From NCBI GenBank assembly GCA_001275005.1, contig JWZX01002881.1, positions 1 through 64,000 of the forward strand: 64,000 bases of DNA. Reading direction: 5' to 3'. A program made the translations under genes and the position numbers. Shown one piece after another: positions 1 to 11,675 of this stretch (position 1 is the stretch's first letter; every line of letters begins with the position of its first letter). This DNA is from Chrysochromulina tobinii (Eukaryota). The notes below the pieces were generated by a model, which saw only the letters and a list, made by a program, of their open reading frames with translations, made no database searches and had not been told where the DNA came from.

Positions 1-1397
1 ACGGTCAAGCCTCTTCCGTGAGCCGCGGCCGCGGCGGCGGCGGCCATCATGCCGGCGCCCATCCCGGCGCCCATCATCATGGCGGGCGTCATCATGCCTG
101 GAGCCATCATCATCTGCATGCCTGTCATAAGGGTAGGCACACGGGCGAGGTGAGAGAGGGGATGCATGCATGCTGGAGCATTCCTGTCAGGAATGCATGC
201 TGGGCGACGTGCGAGAATGTGCGGGAGTGGGCGCGCACCCGGGATGCGAATAGCAATCAGTATGCACTCAGCATTCACACAGGATGCTATCAGGATGCAC
301 CCGGGATGCGAATAGCAATCAGTATGCACTCAGCATTCACTCAGGATGCACCCGGGATGCGAATAGCCATCCGGCACAATCAGCGTGCACTCAGCGTGCA
401 CTCAGCATGCAATCAGCGTGCACTCAGCGTGCCCTCCGCGCGCACCCGGCATGCCCATCCCCATCATGCCCGCCATCGTCATGCCCATGCGCGCTCGCTC
501 CATGGCGGCCTGCACCGCCTGCTTGTCATAGGATGCCGGGGGGCCGGGGCGCCGTCGTGGGCTGCTCGAGCGCCGTCGTGGGCTGCCTGAGCGCCGTCGT
601 GGTGAGGGCGAGAGCGAGCGCGAGTGAGATCGGGAGTGACGCCGCTGCCCGCCGCCCCGCCAGGCGCGCTCGCGCTCGCGCTCGCTGTGGTCACGCTCGC
701 GGCGGTCGCGGCGGTCCCTGGTCGTCTCACGATGCCTCTCCCTATCTCTACCAAGGTCCCTCTCCCTTGCCCCCCTCTCCCTGTCCCCCCTGTCCCACGA
801 GCGATCACGGCGGTCCGGCGAGCGCCGCCCGTACCGCGAGGCCTCACGGTCGTCCCTCCGGTCCGACCGCCCAACACCGCCGCGCCGTTCACGCTCCCTG
901 TCGTGTTCACGCTCCCTGTCGTGTTCACGGTCCCTGTCGTGTTCACGGTCCCTGTCGTGTTCACGCTCCCTGTCGTGTTCACGGTCCCTGTCGAGGTTGC
1001 GCTCGTCGACGCTGGCACTCGGGCCGCGCTTGTCGCTGCGGTCGGGCTTGTCGTGCTCCGCGCCCTCCTTCTTGACGACGCCATCGGCGCTGGCAGAGCT
1101 GCGAGTCAGGGGCGCGTCGCGGTCCAATGTGTTCTTGGCAGCGGCGGCAGCGGCGCAAGAGGCGGGGCCGCTCGAGGCGACGGCAGCGCACCCCTGCGAC
1201 CGCTGCAGCAGCTTGTCGCGCAGCTCCTGCTCTCTCTGCTGGGCAGACACGCCCGCTAGCCCTTCCGGAGGAGCCTGTTGGTTATCTGTGGGCACCACGG
1301 GCGGCGCACCGGCGGAGGACACGGCGCTCGTGCACGGTGCGGGTCGCGCAAAACCGTCCAGGGGAAGGGAAGCGGGGTCGGGCTGGGCTGACGTCAT
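1..1397 (-). CDS. 5' part of an RS/RD-rich protein, probably a splicing factor (U2AF-large/RBM39-like); runs off the window
   Basis: ATG at 1397. Long RD/RE/RS dipeptide tract (RHSRSHSRSLSPSPRRRS), then a Met/Gly-rich linker. Repeat-filled intron at ~122-440, then exon GMQMMMAPGMMTPAMMMG. No RRM is visible in the window. Confidence 0.5.
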
Positions 1398-1654
1398 GTG
1401 GCTACGCTGCGCGCGCGCTTGCGCGTCGTTGAGGCTTGAGGGTGGCGGGCTTGTCGTCGTGTCTTTAGAGCCTCCAGACGTGGAGTGCTCAGGACAACGC
1501 CTCGAAAGTCTTCAGGGAGCCCGAGCGAGGTCCTTCAGTTCAAAAACAAAACGAAAACAAACCAATAGACGAGCGGTGTCGAGACGAGAAAGCCATGAGA
1601 TTGTGCCGATTTCGTCACGGTCTGGACACTTCCCAAACCCATCAATCCGTCCCA

Positions 1655-2571
1655 ATGCAGCCTGCCGCCCTCATCTTTGCGCTCGTATCTTCGGCGGCGG
1701 TCCAGTGCCCGAATCAGGACAACGTTCGCCTTCGCCTGAAGCTGGAGGGCGAGGAGTGCGGCGGGGCGTGCGGCTCGCTGGGCGTATGCGCCAGCGGCCT
1801 TCAGTGCATCGTGCCCAAGAGCTCCGGCATCAACTTTGCGATCCTCCTGGCGCCCGCACGCCCTGGCGTGTGCACCATGGTCGCGCCGATCGTCGAGGAG
1901 ACCAAGGGCCAGGAGGCCCGCCGCCTTGCGTCCCCCGGTGCTGGTTCCGCTGTCAACGTCACCGATGCCGAGGTGGTTGCGGCCGCGAGGGCGGGGATTG
2001 AGTTTGTCGTGCGCGAGAGGCAGAACAACGGCGAGAATGCCTTCCTCACGGTCCTCAGCGTCCGCCGGGGCACCCAGCAGATCGTGGTACGCTGAGCTTC
2101 CGCCGCCACCGGATTGGCCGCGCCCCCGCCCCTCGTGCGCCTCGGAACCCTCCCCCCCCTTTCTGCCCGCTCCCCCCCTCTCTTTCGCCCCTTTCGCCCC
2201 CTTTGCGCCTTGGCACCCCGCCCCCCCCTTTCGCCCCCTCGCGCCTTCGCACCCATCCTCCTCCCCACTCCTCGCATCTCTTCCCCTCGCGCTCATCGTC
2301 ACTCGCCCGTCTCCCGTGTCGGCCGCAGGCAGGGGTCAAGTACTCGCTCGTCGTCACGGTCACGGATGGGCAAGACCACTACATCGAGGTGCTGGACCAG
2401 CCGTGGCGCACGCCCCGCTACGCGCTCCTCGCGCACGAGGTGGGTGCAAAGGTCGTTCGCCGCCTGAAGCTCCTGGGCGAGGAGGGCCACGGCATCTGGC
2501 AGCAACGGCCCCAGGTCGAGGAGCCTGTCAAGGAGGCCAAGGAGACGGCGGCCAAGGAGATGGAGAAGTAA
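1655..2571 (+). CDS. Secreted IGFBP-like Cys-rich module plus cystatin domain; exons 1655-2086 and 2329-2571
   Basis: Signal peptide and EGEECGGACGSLGVCASGLQC module. Removing the GT-AG intron 2087-2328 rebuilds QQIV|AGVKY (cystatin QxVxG). Upstream PG and downstream DQPW motifs are present. Confidence 0.75.
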
Positions 2572-3039
2572 GCGAGATATGAAGCGAGATCGCGGATACG
2601 TCTCGTGTGCGGAGTTGCACGCGCCACGTTTGGCTCGTGTCCATTCCCTGGGCTCGTTGTGCTCACCATGAAACACGCACGTACCGTGCACCCTGCACCC
2701 AATCACGGTGCGCGTGTGTGTACTATGGCGAGAAGAGTTGTATATCATTCGGAGGTATATCCAGTGTATCATTGTATTTCGGTGTCTCAGTGAGTGACAT
2801 CTCTGACTCCGCCGTTGGAATATACCGAAGGCAATTCCGTGAGTGTGAGTCCCCCCGCGCTCTACGAACCCGCCATGGAACCCGGTACCCGCGCCGCCGC
2901 CGGGCGCGGGAGGGGACGAACCGAACGCCTACCGTGCCGGAACACGAACGCGCGTGAAACCGCAACCACAGGAGCCGGTAAAGTCGCAGTTCTCCAGGGA
3001 GGAGAGACTAGATTCTTCGGTATACGCTCCCTTGCAGCG

Positions 3040-4559
3040 CTACCGGCGACGGGCCTTCGGCATTGTAAAGTGGCGTAGGTCCGAACCGGCCTCAGAGCCG
3101 CGCTCCTTCTCCAGGAGCTTCACAGCACTGTTTGCGAGTTTGTGCGACCACAGCATCCGCCGACAACTCCAGCCGCATCTGCTGCGACGTGCACTTGCTA
3201 TTCCTTCCTCATTCTTGGTTTCGTTCAAGGGCGGTAGCCAGCGGTTGGCCGTCAGCCATTCATGGCGCGCAAGCGCGGCTGTTCCGCGCGTCGCGCCAAA
3301 GGCGACCACCTGGTTTGGCTGGTCACCCATCCCCAGGAACGCCGTCCACGACGATGCGTTCCGTGCGCCATGCCCATGAGCCGTCTCAGCACTCGGATCG
3401 CTCCGTCGGATCCAGGCCAAACTGTCGGGAGAGGCGCACCTGTGGGGAAGCGCGGGCGCCGTGGTGAGCACGTGCTTGCAGGGCGAGCACTCGGATCGCT
3501 CCGTCGGATCCAGGCCAAGCTGTCGGGAGAGGTGCACCCGTCATCGGGTCTCTGTATACGACACGATCGGGCCGCACATTCGTACTCCGAGTCATACTTG
3601 CACCAAATCGCTGGAACGCCGCTGCGAATGAGAAGAGGCACCACATTGAAGCCTCGGCTCCAACGTGTGCTCTCGTTGCGTCTCGCTACGGTGAAGCCAG
3701 TGGCGGAGTAGCGGCAGATGCGCAAGGCTGGTGCGAGGCTTTGATAATACGCGTACAGCGCGCTCTCGATCCCGAGGCACTCTCGGCAGTGCCCTTGGGC
3801 GAGCCACGGAAGAACACCTAGGGCAAGGCGCCGGGCAGCGAAGGCGAACACGGCATGCCGACCGTTCAGTCCGCGCAGATGGTTGCCGTTCACATGATCC
3901 TGACCCTCTGTCACGTGGATCTCGTCAACTCGAGCGTGTACAACCCCAGGAGGGCACGCATAGAAGAAGTCGGACCGCGTCAACACAACCTGCTCGTACG
4001 CATCGCCTGGCAACGCGTCGAGCCGCCGGAGCAACATCATCCGAAGAGCCAGCACAATGGCTCCAGAGCCACGAAGGATTCGGCCCTGAGCGTCCCGCGC
4101 CCCGCCCCAAAGGCCAGTTGGCGCCGCCCAATTGGTGGTGACGGGTAAGCTCACGTTGCCACGCCACCCCTTTCCCTCCAGAAGTTCATCGATCGTCTCG
4201 TCCCAATACGTGGACTCGTTGTGTATCCATATGTGACGAGCAGCGCGCACTAAGGGACTTGCAATCGATGCATGGTGTGCAACGTCGGCATCAGATGCAA
4301 GTAACGCCAGATCTGCATGCAGCGGTCGGACAAGCTGTTGAACTGTTGAGTCCCAGGCAGCATGTCCTCCTCGGAGGTTGCCTATCATACACACGATCGT
4401 CGAGAGCGCTTTCACGCCGGAATAGGGCTGGCTAGGAGTGGCAATACCTCGCGCATCAGCGCAGCTAAACCATGGAATGCCGCCCTTAGGCAGTGGAAGG
4501 TGGCAACGTGGTCTCACGGGAGACGCTAAAAACACGAGGAACGGAAGAAGAGAACGCAT
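3040..4559 (-). CDS. Secretory-pathway protein of unknown function, possibly glycosyltransferase-like; intron 3440-3537
   Basis: Signal peptide, IVCMIGNLRGG and VVLTRSDFFY motifs. Splicing 3537->3440 joins ORF 3252..4559 in frame to ORF 3040..3537. Confidence 0.6.
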
Positions 4560-4808
4560 CGGGGTGAAAGAAAGACGTTGGTGTCACCCGCATCGCGACT
4601 CGCTTGGGCGACGTGTCTGTCGGGGTCCTTCAGCCAGAGAGGGCAGCAGGGTCCATCCCATTCTCGAGTTCCTGTGAAGAAGTCTGTGCATGCAGTCTGA
4701 TCTCAACAAACACCGAGAGCGCGCGCGCGCAACTGCGGTAGTGTGTCATAGACCCGAGGGGATTCGCTTCGACTTTGCCTTTTTAGGAAATCGTGGATTT
4801 CTTGAGAG

Positions 4809-6241
4809 ATGTGTGCATGGCATTCACAAGTGAAGTGCCAGCCACACATGCGCTTCTCCGACAGCTCAAAATGGCTTGGGCCGCAACTTGTTGTTACCAA
4901 TTTGTCTGCTTGTGCACATGCATGCTTTGCTCACCCAAGGCGATGCTCGCACTTCCTACACAACGTGCAAAACGCCTGCTACTTTCTCGGAGCTCAGGTA
5001 GAAATCATGGAAGACGCGCCACAGCATCAGAGCGTCGCATGCCGTGTGCGCCCCAGTCACAAATCGTTCGTTTTTTGGATGCCAGCATACGTTTTTGACG
5101 ATCCAGACTGGGCAAATAAGCCGTATCCATACCTATACCGGAGAGGCGCAAAGGGCCTCACGGAACGCGATGCTGGAGGCTACGATAAGAGTCAGGGCAA
5201 TCTGTTCGCGCAAATGGAGCCACGCCTCTTTTTCAATGCGCCGCGTTTCGCTGGCGTGCCTCACCGCATTGAAGACCAAGAGTCGCATATGCCAGATGCG
5301 AAAGATAAGCCCTGCACAACTTACCAAGGTGCCTTGCAATGCTTCATTGAGCACGATGAGTGGATGATGGCGGATGCTTTCGTGAATCCGAGCCACACAA
5401 TCATCGAATTCGGCGCTCGCTATGGCACCACCTCCTGCCGTCTGGCTCGACTGACCAACAATTCGGGCAACGTCGTGAGCGTCGACCCAGATCGGCAGTC
5501 CACCATGTTTCTTCTCGCCAACCGTGAGACGCATCGCTGCAATTTTCATGCGATCAGTGGGACGGTCTCAGCTACTCCTCAACGCATCCGTGCCCGCCAA
5601 GGTTACGCTACGCGCACCGACCCCATCGAGCTCACCGGCGGCCGCGCTGGCCCGGAGGAGGGCGGCATTCGCAAACTTCCGAATTTGGGCATACTTCCAA
5701 ATTTTGGCTTCCGAGAGGTCGAGGAGCACATTGACTCCCTCATCATGATTGCCTCCCTCATCATGAGCGCCTCCCTCACCATGATTGCCTCCCTCATCAG
5801 GTCGAGGAGCACATTGGCTCCAAGATTAATGCGATCCTCATCGACTGCGAAGGGTGCATACGGTCCGTGCTCTCGATCCCAGGCCTTCTCGCGCAGCTGG
5901 AACTTGTCTTGATCGAGGAGGACATGTACATGCGTGACACAAATGGGACTTCTCCGTCCGAGGACCTGATCGACTATCGACTTTGGCACAGGCACCTCGA
6001 ACAGGCTGGCTTCCGTCAGGTGTGGCGTTCACATGACACCTTCGACCCCAAGAATAAGCCTTGGTCGCGCTTCCTCTATCACAGCGCGTGGGTGCGAACG
6101 ACCAACACAAGTTACAAGCAAGACGAGAACCAATGCCAACTCCACAAACGTGCGCAAGGGCTGTCCAACGAGCAACTGCACTGTTCGACTCTTCATGAGG
6201 GCCCCTGGGACCCTGGGAATGTGCTCGGAGGTGCGGTTTAA
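4809..6241 (+). CDS. FkbM-family SAM methyltransferase; intron 5718-5800
   Basis: IIEFGARYGTTS and VVSVDPD motifs. Splicing gives FRE|VEEHIGSKINAILIDCEGC...LVLIEED. Confidence 0.8.
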
Positions 6242-6581
6242 AGCGGTTATTCCCAGGTGACGTGTGTGACGCGACGCTTAAACGTGTGACATCGGCGCGC
6301 CACCGTCGCGTGCAGAAATACGCGTATGCCCGATGCGCGCGTGGCAAATAAATGCGCGCGCCGTCCATACTGTGTGGCCAATGCGCGCCCTCTTTGAGGG
6401 CGGCCGAGGGCGTCACATCAAAATATGTTCTCATCAGGGAACCCACGCCGCCATGCGATGCATCGTGCGCCCTTGAGGTTCATGAGCATTGCATGCTGAT
6501 GGCCTCTGATGACGTGTGATGGCACGCCTCATGCGCCCTTGAGGGTCATGAGGACCCCAGGTTACGCCCATGACGGCGCCC

Positions 6582-9197
6582 TCACGCGCCCTTGAGGGTC
6601 ATGAGCACGCCGAGCACGCCCACGACGGCGCCGATCGGCACGAGCGAGTACACCGCTGCACGCTCGAGGGCAGAGCCCGCCGGGCGCGCACGCACGTAGA
6701 TGAGGGCTGGGAAGATGTACACGATCAGCGCGCCCAACACCTGATGAAGGAGGCCATCGGAAGGCAACGCATCAGAGGTACGATCAGGGAGCGCACTCAG
6801 AGGTGCAATCAGAAGTGCAATCAGAGGTGCAATCAGAGGCAATCAGAGATGCCATCAGAGGCAATCAGAGGTGCCATCAGAGGCAATCAGAGGTGCCTCG
6901 ATCGTATCGCGATCCTCACGCACGGAGCCCGAGATGCCATCAGATGCCATCAGGTGCCATCAGTGGCAATCGTAGGCAATCAGGGGCAATCAGAGGGATT
7001 CGCACGGAGCCCGAGATGCCGACGACGAGGCCGATGTCGAGGACCGTGATGGCGATGGCGGTGATCGCGGCCAACAGGCCAATGGTCAGCACGTTCGCAT
7101 GCGTCGTCGTGAGCGCGAGCAGCGCGCGCGCGAGGAGCGTGCGCGGCGCCGTCGTGGGCGCGCCCTTGACGAGCGCCGTCGTGGGCGCGCCCTTGCCGAG
7201 CGCCGTCGTGGGCGCGCCCTTGGCGGCCGGTGCGCCGCCCTGCGTGGAGGAGGAGCGGAGAGCGGTCGAGATGAGCGACGCCGTCGACTCACGCAGCCCG
7301 AGCATCGCGAGAGGGAAGCCAAAGAGGATCGAGATGAAGGTGGCGACGCGTCCAAAGGTGGCCAGCATGTCGGCAGACGCGTAGTTGGAGAGCAAGTTGG
7401 ATTTCGTCACGTCGCCAAACGTCGCGTACCTGTGGGGAAGAGGGAGGGGGGCGCCGTGGTGAGCACTTGCATGCTGGGCGAGAGAGAGACGTCAAACGTC
7501 GCGTACCCGAGCCGCATCATCCCGAGGTAGAGGGCGGTGAGGATCCCAAAGGCATACCTGTGGGGAAGAGGGTGGGGGCGCGCCGTGGTGAGCACTTGCA
7601 TGCTGGGCGAGAGACGGAGCACTTGCATGCTGGGAAGTGAGAGGGCGGTGAGGACTCCAAATGAGGCGAGAGACGGAGCACTTGCATGCTGGGAAGTGAG
7701 AGGGCGGTGAGGACTCCAAAGGAGGCATGCGTACAAGCACGCTTTGCCCGAAGCGGGCCTCGGATCGGTGCTCGAGATGAGGGGGGCAATCAGCATGCAA
7801 TCAGCATGCGTACAAGCACGCTTGCCCAAAGCGGGCCTCGGAGCGGTGCTCGAGCGACTGATGAGGGGGGCAATCAGCATGCAATCAGCATGCGTACAAG
7901 CACGCTTGCCCAAAGCGGGCCTCGGAGCGGTGCTCGAGCGACCGGTAGAAGGCGGGCGCGTTGTAGTGGGCGATGTACGCGAGCCCCAGGTTCGATGTGA
8001 GCACGAGCGCCTGATGAGGGGGGCAATCAGGACGCAATCAGCATGCAATCAGCATGCAATCAGGTCGCGAGCCCCAGGTTCGATGTGAGCACGAGCGCCT
8101 GATGAGGGGGGCAATCAGGACGCAATCAGGACGCAATCAGCACGCAATCAGCATGCAATCAGCATGCAATCAGGTCGCGAGCCCCAGGTTCGATGTGAGC
8201 GCGAGCGCCTGAGCGTTGAGCTTCCACGTCGATGCGAGCTTGAAGGCGGGTGTGAGCGCCGCAGGCAGAGCCTTGAGCAGCTTGCCGGCCGGCAGGGCAT
8301 ACGAGCCATCGAGCGCTCGGATCGCCACAAAGAACGCAGTGTACACGACGGCGACGCACCTGTGGGGAAGCGCGAGCGCCGTGGTGAGCAAGTGCATGCT
8401 GGGCGAGCGCGCGCGGATCGCCTCCAAGAGCGAGCGCCGTATCGAGCGCCGTATTCACGACGGCGACGCACCCGAGCAGCGACGTGAACGCGAGCGCGGA
8501 CACGTCCTTCAGAAGGGAGAGAGGCGTCAGCGCTACCAGTGTGATGGCCGCGATGTTGGTCGCGCGCTCGTTGAGGCCTGCGAGCATGCGGGCACGAGGC
8601 ATTCGGTGGTCATCCGAGGCATTCGATGGTCATCAGTGGCAATCGGAGGCAATCGGCGGCGGCAATCACACCTTTGGCAATCCCCGTGAGAGAGAGAAGC
8701 TGTGTGGAAGTATCGCCCAGGATGCCTGCATAGATGATGGCCGCGCTGAAGCACATGAGCGCGATTGACGCGTCCACGATCCACGCGGTGCCTTCCCCCA
8801 GCGTGGCGGCCCACAGCGACTTGAATGACATTTGGCCGGTAAGCTCGCACGAGGCGCCGATCAGATGGAAGGTCCACCCGGAGATGATGCCGAGCGCCAC
8901 GCAGAGGAGCGTGGCGGGCACGCTGCCCACACCGCCTGCCATGCCAGCCGAGAGCGTCAGAATCCCCGCGCCCGCCACATTGTTCACGATTTGGATCACG
9001 GTGCCCATCAAGCTGACTGGCGCTGGCTCCTTCAGAGCCGGCACGGCACTCTTGCGTGCCGCAAGCAGCGACGGCGCTTGTGGCGCCCGCGGGCGCCGCT
9101 CGAGCGCTCTGGGGCGTGTGTCGAGCGTGTCGGCGCTCGTCGAGGCTAGGAACACCAGCGCTGCTGCGACCTTCAGCAGTCGCGCCATCGATCTCAT
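6582..9197 (-). CDS. Amino-acid transporter (Aa_trans/SLC38-like), multi-exon
   Basis: IVNNVAGAGILTLS, LTPLSLLKDVSALAFTSLLG, AHYNAPAFY, GYATFG, SNLLSNY and VYIFPALIY segments across exons. Introns include 8360-8471, 8011-8208 and 7430-7506. Confidence 0.85.
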
Positions 9198-9291
9198 CGC
9201 TTGCAAGTCTCGGTCGAATCTGCGTTGCGTCGTGTGGAGTGGAGATATTGACTAAACGGGAAACCCCCATTAGGAAACAGTCTGCGTAGCC

Positions 9292-11451
9292 TTATTTCCA
9301 CAGTTCTGGGACACATTGACGAGGCACGCCGAGCGACAATCGCCTAACCCACAGGCGACAGACGCATTCGACGAGAGGCACGATGCCGCCGGCCTGTGTG
9401 ATCGCGACCTTGTTCTCATCGTTGTGCGAGAGGTTCCAATAGCAGTTCCACAGCGCACCCGCCGCGTGCTCCTTTTGACCGTCTGTCCCGCTCTGCACCA
9501 GCGTCACAAGCGTCGCGATGCCGCCGGCCTGTGCGATCGCGATCTGGTTCTCGGCGTTGAACGAAAGGTTCCAAAGCGCACCCGCCCCTTGCTCCTTTTG
9601 TCCGTCCGTTCCGCTCTGCACCAGCGTCACAAGCGGCACGATGCCACCGGCCTGTGCGATCGCGACATGGCTCCCGGCGTCGGTCGCGAGGTTCTTCAGC
9701 GCACCCGCCGCTTGCTCTTTTTGGCCATCTGTGCCACGCTCCACCAGCGTCACGAGTAGCTCGATGCCACCAGCCTGTGCGATCGCGACCTTGTTCTCGG
9801 CGTTTTGGACGGCAAGGTTCCCCAGCGCACGCGCCGCTTGCTCCTTTTGGCCGTCCGTGCCGCGCTGCGCCAGCGAAACGAGCAACGTGATGCCACCCTC
9901 CTGAGCAATCGCGACCTCAAGGTCGCTGCGGACCCTTGCGATCAAGGTCGCGTTACCATCGTTAAACGAAAGATTCCGCAGCGCACGCGCCGCTTGCACC
10001 TTTTGGCCGTCCGTCCCGCGCTGCGCCAGCTCGACAAGGGGCGCGATACCGCCGGCCTGTGCGATCGCGACCTGGTTCTCGACATTGTTCGCAAGGAACG
10101 CCAGCGCAAGCGCCGCCTGGACCTTTTGGCCGTCCGTCCCGCTCCTCGCCAGCGTCACAAGCGGCGCGATGCCGCCGGCCTGTGCGATCGCGACCTGGTT
10201 CCCGGCGTCGAGCGCAAGGCTCGCCAGCTCACGCGCCGCTTGCTCCTTTTGAAAGTCCGCCCCACCCCGCGCCCGCGCCACGAGCGTCTCGATGAGGGAG
10301 GGTTCAAATTGAAACTGCACCTTGCTCACCTTACGGGTGTAGTTCTCGAGCTTCGATGGCGGCGGCGGCGACGCCGTCTGCTCCTGATTTGACGGCATCC
10401 GCGGCGGGGGCTGCGCAGGGACGGGCGGCGGTGCCATTGCCGAGACGGCAGGCAGCAGGGGTGGCGTGGGCGCTTCGTCAATCTGCACCAGACTGACGTT
10501 GTCCGGGAAGCCACTTCGCTCGAGGGAGCTCCTCTCGGCGGCGTCGATGATCATCTTGGTCGCGTGCACCACTCTGAACTGGCTCAACGGGCGGAAGAGC
10601 ACCTCGTACTCCTTTTCCATGCCCTGGAAGATGCTAAACTTTTCAATGGAGTAGGCACGGCACGCATCGATCGTGAAGATCGTGCGCGGGCCCGGACGCA
10701 TGCCGCAAAAGTGGTCGCGCGTCATCACCTCCATCGAGGTGCTCGTCGACTTGAACTCGTACCACATGACCATCTTGCCCGTGGCAAAATATCCCTCAGG
10801 GTCATGCCGCGCAGGTGATGGGTAGCACCACTGGACACCGCGGCATACCCGACCTTTGAAGACGTAGGCAGCCGGAAGCGCCTCAAGCGCCGCGTCGAGG
10901 AACTTGATGAACGGGAGGCACGCGGTGAGCTCGGCCGAGACGCGCCCAGCACCACCCACAGCCGCTGCCGCTGCCGCCGCCGCCGCGGCTCCTCGCCGCT
11001 GCGGGTTGAACATCGCCCTGTTGATCACCTTGTGCACTGCGGGGTCGGAGAGCGTGTAAAGGTGGATGGCGATCGCAAAGTCAAGCAGATAGGTGCGTGG
11101 AAGCTGATAGGAGCCACCGTCGCTGTAGAGTTCGTTGCGCCATTCGGCCCGCTTGTCCTCAATCACTGCCTCGAGGTCGGCCATGTCGATCCCCTCGAGC
11201 AGGCCGACGAGGGGCCTCAGAGCGTCGAGCAGCGATTGTTCGAGTGGTGTTTCGGAAATGGCGCATGTGAGCCGCCGCTTCCACACAGCGTCGATGCCGA
11301 CGAAGCCGTCCGACGAAGCCGCATCAGCAGAGACCGTAGGCTCTCTTCGGTCCATGAGCTCTCTTCGTGTCTTGCCCGTGAACTCGAGGACGAGTGCGGA
11401 GGACTGCTGGCTCGGGAAAGGTCCAAACCACACCAACTTTTGTCGTTTCAT
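9292..11451 (-). CDS. R-S-E class ADP-ribosyltransferase domain fused to C-terminal armadillo repeats; no intron evident
   Basis: AIHLYT, RVCRGV, FKSTS and EKEYEVLFRP motifs. Pro-rich linker, then about 7 ARM units (IAQAGGIAPLVTL..SGTDGQKEQAA.AL.NL). Confidence 0.85.
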   Translation of the reverse strand: MKRQKLVWFGPFPSQQSSALVLEFTGKTRRELMDRREPTVSADAASSDGFVGIDAVWKRRLTCAISETPLEQSLLDALRPLVGLLEGIDMADLEAVIEDKRAEWRNELYSDGGSYQLPRTYLLDFAIAIHLYTLSDPAVHKVINRAMFNPQRRGAAAAAAAAAAVGGAGRVSAELTACLPFIKFLDAALEALPAAYVFKGRVCRGVQWCYPSPARHDPEGYFATGKMVMWYEFKSTSTSMEVMTRDHFCGMRPGPRTIFTIDACRAYSIEKFSIFQGMEKEYEVLFRPLSQFRVVHATKMIIDAAERSSLERSGFPDNVSLVQIDEAPTPPLLPAVSAMAPPPVPAQPPPRMPSNQEQTASPPPPSKLENYTRKVSKVQFQFEPSLIETLVARARGGADFQKEQAARELASLALDAGNQVAIAQAGGIAPLVTLARSGTDGQKVQAALALAFLANNVENQVAIAQAGGIAPLVELAQRGTDGQKVQAARALRNLSFNDGNATLIARVRSDLEVAIAQEGGITLLVSLAQRGTDGQKEQAARALGNLAVQNAENKVAIAQAGGIELLVTLVERGTDGQKEQAAGALKNLATDAGSHVAIAQAGGIVPLVTLVQSGTDGQKEQGAGALWNLSFNAENQIAIAQAGGIATLVTLVQSGTDGQKEHAAGALWNCYWNLSHNDENKVAITQAGGIVPLVECVCRLWVRRLSLGVPRQCVPELWK

Positions 11452-11675
11452 CGGGGTAAGTTTCGCCTCACACGCGAATGCGGCTTAGGCCTTGACTAGA
11501 CCTTTCCGTTGAGGTCGGTCTGGAACTACCCAACGGTGAGCTGTAACATGTTGCATGAGTTTCCAGATTCATTGGTCTTTTTTGGATTGGGCGCTTCCAT
11601 ATTTGGATTTGGAATGCTCGAGCTGATCCAACCTTGCCTCCGCCAAAGGTGCCCTTCCCAGGGCTAAGGTGCTTT

